Source: Candidatus Aldehydirespiratoraceae bacterium (GTDB taxonomy: Bacteria > Actinomycetota > Acidimicrobiia > Acidimicrobiales > Aldehydirespiratoraceae). Taken from it: 64,000 bases of DNA. Position numbers and translations under genes: made by a program. The notes below the pieces were generated by a model. The model ran no database searches. It worked only from the letters and a program-made list of their open reading frames with translations, and was not told the DNA's origin. Shown here piece by piece: positions 45,604 through 51,953 of this stretch. Numbering within the stretch: position 1 is the stretch's first letter; every line of letters begins with the position of its first letter. The stretch spans positions 509,586 through 573,585 of the forward strand of contig OZ240616.1 in the NCBI GenBank assembly GCA_965198315.1, in the 5' to 3' direction.

Positions 45604-47925
45604 CTACTGGCGGCTGAGTTCGGCGCGGGCTTGGGCGCGGAGGGTTTCGACGTCTTCTCGCGACAACAGTTGGATCTCGACTTGGTGCAGCTTGCCGGTG
45701 AAGGGGTTGGGGTCGGTGTAGGCGCGGCTGACGGGCGAACCGGCGTCGTAGCCCACGCTGGGTCCGACCGAGGAGATCGTGGCCATGATCCACGGGATCC
45801 GCCCCTCGCCGACCACTTCCCCGTCAATCAACAGGCGGGCCTGGGCGGTTCGGGATGGCCCTCGGTGGAATTCGAGACCGAGCTTGTGATCCCCCGCACT
45901 GACAGCAGCACTCGAGCGAACGATGGTGTGGTCGTCGAAGGCGTTGTAGTCGAACACCAGATACCCGTCGTCCAAGAAGATAGAGATACCGGCGTTCTCA
46001 GTCCCGGTGGCAAACAGGACACCATCAGAACCAGCGCCACAAGTAACTGAAGCGGTCAGGTTCCAGCTGCGGCCGCCGACGGGCACGGCGGATTGGCTCC
46101 CCATCGGCGACACCGGCGGGTAGTAGCGGTAAGTCTTGTCGACGGGGTGCGGTGAGCAGTCACGGAAGCGCACCGCAAAGAGTTCTATCATCCGCTCGTC
46201 GAGGGGCAGTACGCCATGCGTCTCGGCCTCCTGCCACCACAGCGCGATCATCTCCTCGAGTTTCTCAGGCTCCGAGGCGGCGAGGTCGTTGCATTCGGAG
46301 GGGTCGGCGTCGGTGTGGTACAACTCCCAGGTGTCGTCGTCGAACGGGACTCCGGGTTCGTGGCGGGTCACGGCTTTCCAGCCGCCGTGCCAGAGTCCGC
46401 GATGCCCGGCCATCTCGAAGTATTGGATCTCTTTGCGGGTGGGGGCCTCAGCATCGGGGAACGTGTAGGCGAGGGAGGTCCCGCTGATCGGAATCTGCTC
46501 GAGACCTCGCCGCACAGCGGGCGGTTGTATATTTATAAGGTCATAAATCGTCGCGGCGATGTCGTTGACGTGATGGAACTGCCCCCGAATTCCACCCGCA
46601 TCGGCTCCCCGCGCCCCGCCGCCGCCACCCGAGCCGCCGCCCGCCGAGCCGCCCGCCGAACCGCTAGCAAGACCGGTGGGCCAATGCACCACCAACGGGA
46701 CGTGCACTCCGCCTTCATGGGTGTTCTGCTTGTACCACTTGAATGGAGTGTTGCCGACTTGCGCCCAGCCCCAGGGGTAGTTGGTGTGGGAGTGTGGCCC
46801 GCCGATCTCGTCGAGGTGCGCCACCGCCTCGTCGGGCGCTTCGAGGATCCCGTTGAAGAATTTCATCTCGTGGAGCACCCCGAACGGCCCGCCCTCCTGC
46901 GACGCACCGTTGTCGCCCAACACCATGATGACGGTGTTGTCGAGCTCCCCGAGCGCCTCCAAGTCGTCGACCAGCCGTCCGATTTGGGCATCGGTGTGGT
47001 CCAGGAAAGCGGTGAAGGCTTCTTGCAGCCGGCATGCCAGCGCTTGTTGGTTTGTAGGTAGGTCGTCCCAGGGTTCGACTCCGGGGTTGCGCGGCGCCAG
47101 AGCCGTCCCCGCAGGAATCACTCCCATGTCGAGTTGGTTGGCGAACCAGCGGGCCCGCACGACGTCCCAGCCCTCGTCGTAACGCCCGCGGTATTTCTCG
47201 AGGTATTCGGCCGGCGCCTGATGCGGGGCATGGGTCGCCCCGAACGCCACATACAAGAAGAAAGGCCGGTCGGGTCGCACGCTTTTCGTGTCGTGCACGA
47301 AGCCGACGGCTCGATCTATCAAGTCTTCGCTGACGTGGTACCCGTCCTCGGCCCGGCCTGGCGGTTCGATGGGATGGTTGTCGTAGGTGAGGGAGGGGCT
47401 GAATTGGTCGGTTTCGCCTTCGAGGAACCCGTAGTAGCGGTCGAAGCCGCGTTGTAGGGGCCATTGGTCCATGGGTCCGGCGGCGCTGCATTCTTCCATC
47501 GGGGCGAGGTGCCATTTGCCGACGGCGAAGGTTGCGTAGCCTTCGTCGTGGAGTACTTCGGCGAGCGTGGCGGCGTGGTTGGAGATGTGCCCGGTCATGT
47601 TGGGGAAGCCGGTGTTGAAGTTCGACACGGCTCGCATGCCGACGCTGTGGTGGTTGCGTCCGGTGAGTAGTGCGGCTCGTGTTGGTGAGCACAGTGGGGT
47701 GACGTGGAAGTTGGTGTAGCGGAGGCCGTTGGCGGCGAGTGCGTCGATGTTGGGGGTGTCGATGTCGGATCCGTAGCAGCCGAGTTGTGCGAAGCCGAGG
47801 TCGTCGAGCAACACGATGACGACGTTGGGTGCGTCTTCGCCGGGGTGGGGCGGTTCGGGGAACCACGGTTGGGATTCGGCGAGGGTCTTGCCGATGGTTC
47901 CTTGCCATTCGCCGTATTGCTTCAC
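45604..47925 (-). CDS. arylsulfatase (formylglycine-dependent sulfatase family)
   Basis: 773 aa with sulfatase signature CSPTRAALLTGRNHH and N-terminus VVIVLLDDLGFAQLGCYGS. Confidence 0.92.
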   Translation of the reverse strand: MKQYGEWQGTIGKTLAESQPWFPEPPHPGEDAPNVVIVLLDDLGFAQLGCYGSDIDTPNIDALAANGLRYTNFHVTPLCSPTRAALLTGRNHHSVGMRAVSNFNTGFPNMTGHISNHAATLAEVLHDEGYATFAVGKWHLAPMEECSAAGPMDQWPLQRGFDRYYGFLEGETDQFSPSLTYDNHPIEPPGRAEDGYHVSEDLIDRAVGFVHDTKSVRPDRPFFLYVAFGATHAPHQAPAEYLEKYRGRYDEGWDVVRARWFANQLDMGVIPAGTALAPRNPGVEPWDDLPTNQQALACRLQEAFTAFLDHTDAQIGRLVDDLEALGELDNTVIMVLGDNGASQEGGPFGVLHEMKFFNGILEAPDEAVAHLDEIGGPHSHTNYPWGWAQVGNTPFKWYKQNTHEGGVHVPLVVHWPTGLASGSAGGSAGGGSGGGGGARGADAGGIRGQFHHVNDIAATIYDLINIQPPAVRRGLEQIPISGTSLAYTFPDAEAPTRKEIQYFEMAGHRGLWHGGWKAVTRHEPGVPFDDDTWELYHTDADPSECNDLAASEPEKLEEMIALWWQEAETHGVLPLDERMIELFAVRFRDCSPHPVDKTYRYYPPVSPMGSQSAVPVGGRSWNLTASVTCGAGSDGVLFATGTENAGISIFLDDGYLVFDYNAFDDHTIVRSSAAVSAGDHKLGLEFHRGPSRTAQARLLIDGEVVGEGRIPWIMATISSVGPSVGYDAGSPVSRAYTDPNPFTGKLHQVEIQLLSREDVETLRAQARAELSRQ

Positions 47926-48039
47926 GAGTCGTTCTCCTGGCTTGTCGGTCGTCCGTGTTTGTGGACAGGGTTTGTGGTCGGGGTTGGTTGGCAGGGGTGG
48001 TTGCCAGTATTGGTTAACGGTGTGACACTACGGCGGGTC

Positions 48040-48068
48040 AACTATTGTCGCCAACACTGACAATAGTT
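48040..48068. promoter_or_regulatory. perfect 10-bp inverted repeat AACTATTGTC-n9-GACAATAGTT in a divergent promoter region
   Basis: Read directly. It lies between the sulfatase (-) and LLM oxidoreductase (+) starts. The operator role is inferred. Confidence 0.4.
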
Positions 48069-48107
48069 ATCCTCACGGAAACCAACCCCCGAACCCCCCG
48101 AACAACC

Positions 48108-48188
48108 GAACCCCCCGACCACACAACCGAAACCCCGAACCCCCCGACCACACAACCGAAACCCCGAACCCCCGACCACACAACCGAA
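48108..48188. repeat. 29-bp C-rich tandem repeat, about 2.8 copies (GAACCCCCCGACCACACAACCGAAACCCC)
   Basis: Read directly. It ends 17 nt before the LLM oxidoreductase ATG. Confidence 0.9.
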
Positions 48189-48205
48189 CTGAAAGCACAA
48201 AGACG

Positions 48206-49243
48206 ATGAAGCTGTCGATGACACTCAATTACTCCGGCGATCCGAAGGCCGCGGCCGAGCAAGCCCGAGATCTGGAATCCGCCGGGATCGATGTTGGCTG
48301 GGTGGCGGAGCTGTACAGCTTCGATGCGGTCAGCATTCTCGGTTATCTGGCGGCTAAGACCGAGACCATGGAGCTCGGCTCGAGCATCCTGCCTATCTAT
48401 TCGCGCACGCCGACCCTCACGGCGATGACTGCGGCCGGTCTCGATGCGGTCTCCGATGGCCGGTTCATTCTCGGTATCGGCGCTTCGGGTCCTCAGGTGA
48501 TCGAGGGTTGGCATGGTGTGCCCTATGACCGCCCGGTCGGTCGCCAGCGTGAGTTGATCGAGATTTGTCGCAAGGTGTGGCGCCGTGAGGTGGTGGTGCA
48601 CGACGGCCCGAGCTACCAGCTGCCGCTCCCGCCCGACCAGGGCACGGGTCTGGGCAAGCCGCTCAAGTTGATCAACCATCCGAAGCGTTCGAACATACCT
48701 ATATATATTGCGTCGCTTGGTCCGAGCAATGTTGCGACGACCGCCGAGGTTGCCGACGGTTGGATTCCGGTGTTCTTCCACCCCGACAAGGCTCGCTCGG
48801 TTTGGGGCGGCACTTTGGCCAAGGGCATGGCCAAGCGTGATCCGGCTCTGGGACCCTTGGAGGTCGTGGCCGGCGGATTGCTTGCGATCTGTGATGAGCC
48901 GCAGGCGCAGAAGATTCGTGACGGCGCCCGTTTCATGGTGGCGTTGTATGTGGGGGGTATGGGTTCGAGGGATCAGAACTTCTACAACAATCTCTTCTGT
49001 CAGTACGGCTATGAACAAGAAGCACACGAGATTCAGGATCTGTACCTTTCAGGCCGCAAGGATGAGGCGATGGCTGCGGTCCCTCAGGATTTCCTTGATG
49101 CCACGCCGATGGTCGGCGACGAGGGCCGGGTCCGGGAGCGTGTGGAGGCGTATGCCGCGGCCGGCGTTACTCGTCTACAGGTCACCCCGGTTGGTGGCGA
49201 TCCGCTGGCCCTGATTGAGAAGGTCAAGTCCTGGACGAGCTGA
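48206..49243 (+). CDS. LLM-class (luciferase-like) F420-dependent oxidoreductase
   Basis: 345 aa (MKLSMTLNYSG..., GRFILGIGASGPQVIEGWHG), a typical actinobacterial LLM. Confidence 0.88.
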   Translation: MKLSMTLNYSGDPKAAAEQARDLESAGIDVGWVAELYSFDAVSILGYLAAKTETMELGSSILPIYSRTPTLTAMTAAGLDAVSDGRFILGIGASGPQVIEGWHGVPYDRPVGRQRELIEICRKVWRREVVVHDGPSYQLPLPPDQGTGLGKPLKLINHPKRSNIPIYIASLGPSNVATTAEVADGWIPVFFHPDKARSVWGGTLAKGMAKRDPALGPLEVVAGGLLAICDEPQAQKIRDGARFMVALYVGGMGSRDQNFYNNLFCQYGYEQEAHEIQDLYLSGRKDEAMAAVPQDFLDATPMVGDEGRVRERVEAYAAAGVTRLQVTPVGGDPLALIEKVKSWTS

Positions 49244-49496
49244 GTTCCAGCACCTTCTCATCAAGCCTTCCGACACTCCTGTCGATTGTGTCGATCTTTG
49301 AGCCGAGGCTTCGTTCAAGCGTCTTGATCTCCTGTTTGAGCCTCTCTTCTCGTTGGTCGTGTTCGCGTTTCAGGTCTCTCTTCCGTTGGTCTCGTTGATG
49401 TTTTCGATCGTCCCGGACCATGCCAACCATCATGGTGAAAAAAAAGACAAGCGCTCCTGACATCACACTGACCCAAACAACTTGTGCTAGTTCCAT
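49224..49496 (-). CDS. small N-terminally anchored coiled-coil protein
   Basis: 90 aa with GGAGAGGG upstream of the ATG. One TM (VVWVSVMSGALVFFFTMMVGMV) is followed by a charged helix with IDTIDRSVGRLDEKV. The 3' end overlaps the LLM gene by 20 nt (convergent). Confidence 0.5.
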   Translation of the reverse strand: MELAQVVWVSVMSGALVFFFTMMVGMVRDDRKHQRDQRKRDLKREHDQREERLKQEIKTLERSLGSKIDTIDRSVGRLDEKVLELSSSRT

Positions 49497-49681
49497 TGTT
49501 GCCCTCTCCTGACCTCAGACGGATCCCCGGTATGGCGAGACGACTGAGATCTATTGTTGATGTGTATCACACTAATACAACCCCTGTGACACAATCACAA
49601 TATGTTCTGTGATATTCTTCGCCCAACTAGGCTTGGCCCACCCAGCGGGCGATTACCAAGGTCGAGCCAAGGCCTGATGAA

Positions 49682-50263
49682 CTAGGTAGCGGCGGTTCCG
49701 AAGGTGGCGCCTTCGAGTGCGCTGATGCGCTCCCCATGCCCCATCATGTGGTCGAGCATGGTGCCGTGCTCCGCTTGGGTTGCCGCTATCGCCGCGACGC
49801 TCGCTATCAACGTGTTGAATTTCTCGTCGAGCTTGTCGATCTTCGTGTCGACATTCTCGTCGAGCTTGTCGATCTTCGTGTCGACATTCTCGTCGAGCTT
49901 GTCGATCTTCGTGTCGACATTCTCGTCGAGCTTGTCGATCTTCGTGTCGAATTTCTCGTCGAGCTTGTCGATCTTCGTGTCGACATTCTTGTCGAGCTTG
50001 TCGATCTTCGTGTCGAATTTCTCGTCGAGCTTGTCGATCTTCGTGTTGACATTCTTGTCGAGCTTGTCGATCTTCGTGTTGACATTCTTGTCGAGCTTGT
50101 CGATCTTCGTGTTGACATTCTTGTCGAGCTTGTCGATCTTCGTGTTGACCTGCACACCTAGGGTTTTGATGTCTGCGCGCACACTCCTGATCAAGTAGCC
50201 GCACACGAAGACCACTAATGTTCCAATAACGCTGATGATCTCTACGATCACGGATAGCTCCAT
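49682..50263 (-). CDS. N-terminally anchored protein with ~10 tandem 11-residue repeats (NTKIDKLDKNV)
   Basis: 193 aa starting MELSVIVEIISVIGTLVVFVCGYLI (TM), followed by perfect hendecad repeats and a unique C-terminus. GAAAGGA lies upstream of the ATG. Confidence 0.6.
   Translation of the reverse strand: MELSVIVEIISVIGTLVVFVCGYLIRSVRADIKTLGVQVNTKIDKLDKNVNTKIDKLDKNVNTKIDKLDKNVNTKIDKLDEKFDTKIDKLDKNVDTKIDKLDEKFDTKIDKLDENVDTKIDKLDENVDTKIDKLDENVDTKIDKLDEKFNTLIASVAAIAATQAEHGTMLDHMMGHGERISALEGATFGTAAT
49811..50150. repeat. 33-bp tandem repeat, 10 full copies plus a partial one, inside CDS 49682..50263
   Basis: Unit cgtgtYgaMattcttgtcgagcttgtcgatctt, read directly. All six frames are stop-free across it. 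Confidence 0.95.
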
Positions 50264-50442
50264 TGTTGTCCTTTCGTGAACCTAACACGCCCTCCGCCAA
50301 GGCGGCACGATTAGGACCGGTTGTCGTTGCTTGTCAAGCTATCACATACCCTGTGACACTACAACAGCACGTTCCGTGATACGCCTCGCCCCACACACCA
50401 CCCAGCACCACCACCCAGCGCTTCGCCCTACACGCCGACGCA

Positions 50443-50568
50443 CCATCCGAAGCGTTCGGACACACCTATATATATTGCAGCTCTCGGCCCGACCAATGTT
50501 GCGGCGACCGCCGAGGTTGCCGACGGTTGGATTCCGGTGTTCTTCCACCCGGACAAGGCGCGCTCGGC
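50443..50568 (+). pseudogene. 126-bp remnant of an LLM oxidoreductase paralog
   Basis: Aligns by eye at roughly 85% identity with 48676-48800 of the intact LLM gene (..ccatccgaagcgttcg..cctatatatattgc..gccgaggttgccgacggttggattccggtgttcttccacc..). There is no start or N-terminal part. Confidence 0.7.
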
Positions 50569-50592
50569 TCAGGCGGCGAAGACTCGGGCGGC

Positions 50593-51519
50593 TCAGGCCG
50601 AACAGGCGCCGGCGTAGTTGGCTGCGGCGAAGTCCCAATTAATAAGGTGCTCGAGGAACGTGGCGATGTAGGCGGGCCGAGCGTTCTGGTAGTCGAGGTA
50701 GTAGGCGTGTTCCCAGATGTCGATCGTGAGCAGTGGTTGGTGCCCGCTGGTGAGTGGGTTGTCGGCATCGTTGGTGTTGATGACGGCCAGCTCCCCGCCA
50801 GCACCACCCCCAACACCAGCACCCCCAACACCAGCACCCCCAACACCAGCCCCCCCAACACCAGCCCCCCCAACACCAGCCCCCCCAACACCAGCACCCC
50901 CAACACCAGCACCCCCAACACCAGCCCCCCCAACACCAGCCCCCCCAACACCAGCACCCCCAACACCAGCCCCCCCAACACCAGCCCCCCCAACACCAGC
51001 CCCCCCAACACCAGCCCCCCCAACACCAGCCCCCCCAACACCAACACCAAGGCGCACGAGCCAGGTCCAGCCAGAACCGAAGTTGCGGGTCGCCGCGGCG
51101 GTCAACTCGTCCCGCAACGTGTCGACAGACCCGAAGCTGGAGGTGATGGCCGAGGCGAGTTCTCCGCTCGGGTCGCCTCCGCCGTCGGGGCTCATGGATT
51201 GCCAGTAGAAGGTGTGGTTCCAGATCTGGGCGGCGTTGTTGAACACCGCAACCGGCCCGGGGGTGGTAATAAGCCTCTCAAGGCTCACCCCCCCGCCGCC
51301 ACCCGCACCGCCAGCCCCACGGCCACCCGCACCCACGCCAGCCACACCACCTGAGGCCCCCACAGTGTTCCCGACCTGACCGGCCCCACCGCTAAGGAGT
51401 CTGTTGAGGTTGGCCACGTAGCCGGCGTGGTGTCTGCCGTAGTGGAATCCCATGGTTCGTTCGCTGATATGCGGGGCGAGGGCGTCTTGGGGATAGGGGA
51501 GTGCTGGGAGTTGGATCAC
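50593..51519 (-). CDS. sodA: Fe/Mn superoxide dismutase with two Gly-rich low-complexity insertions
   Basis: [42 protein letters not shown] and [19 protein letters not shown] are canonical SOD motifs. A GTG 51519 start ([14 protein letters not shown] upstream) is preferred to the ORF-track 51600. Fe-versus-Mn type is not resolved. Confidence 0.85.
   Translation of the reverse strand: MIQLPALPYPQDALAPHISERTMGFHYGRHHAGYVANLNRLLSGGAGQVGNTVGASGGVAGVGAGGRGAGGAGGGGGVSLERLITTPGPVAVFNNAAQIWNHTFYWQSMSPDGGGDPSGELASAITSSFGSVDTLRDELTAAATRNFGSGWTWLVRLGVGVGGAGVGGAGVGGAGVGGAGVGGAGVGGAGVGGAGVGGAGVGGAGVGGAGVGGAGVGGAGVGGAGVGGAGVGGAGVGGGAGGELAVINTNDADNPLTSGHQPLLTIDIWEHAYYLDYQNARPAYIATFLEHLINWDFAAANYAGACSA
50800..51048. 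repeat. 15-bp microsatellite-like repeat (CCCCCAACACCAGCM), about 16 copies, inside the SOD gene
   Basis: Read directly. It encodes (GVGGA)n on the minus strand, in frame. Confidence 0.95.
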
Positions 51520-51860
51520 AAGGCTTCCATGGGTTGCTAGAGGAGTTGTCGACGGGCTGAGAATCAGTGTCCCGCGGCGACCGGGCGGCCACTTCCGCAC
51601 AGCGTAACGGCCCCTTGCCGAGCCCCCGCCCTGACCCCAGAATCCTCAACAGGAAGAAAGGTGGATCAGTTAGCCCGTGAAAGCATGGCGCGTAACCAAT
51701 TGTGGCGTTATGCTAAAGGCCTTGAATACATGTGCGGTTTTTTACCGACACCTAGCGATTCTGACGCCTCTTCCGGCCCCTATGTCGTTGACTTGGGGGT
51801 TGGGTTGTGTTAGAAATCGGCCTGCGCTAACCTTTGCATGCCGATCGTGATAGGTGTTTT

Positions 51861-51953
51861 CTGTGTCCCAGCAAGGTGCCGGGTGCAGTTAACCGCTAGA
51901 TTTCGACTGGTGTCTGCGAAGAGCCAGACAATCCAACCAAGAATGGAGCAGCA
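51861..51953 (+). promoter_or_regulatory. conserved 5' leader of SLH/FN3 surface-protein gene (copy 1)
   Basis: About 95 nt alignable by eye with 58200-58301 (ctgtgtcc..aaccgMtagRtttcgaYtRgtgKYtgcgaagagccaRRcaatccaacc). Confidence 0.6.

Noticed and set aside
45465-45827. N-terminal 121 codons of ORF 44535..45827
   Set aside because: The extension runs into the arylsulfatase 3' end and is low-complexity. The DprA-like domain is complete from ATG 45464.
46715-47908. 397-aa ORF in an alternative frame inside the arylsulfatase gene
   Set aside because: It is Arg/Pro-rich nonsense composition, while the sulfatase frame carries the catalytic signature.
50466-51354. ORFs encoding [10 protein letters not shown]... 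(minus) and ...[13 protein letters not shown]... (plus) across the SOD repeat
   Set aside because: These are alternative-frame read-throughs of the 15-bp repeat. Only the SOD frame is flanked by real protein motifs.
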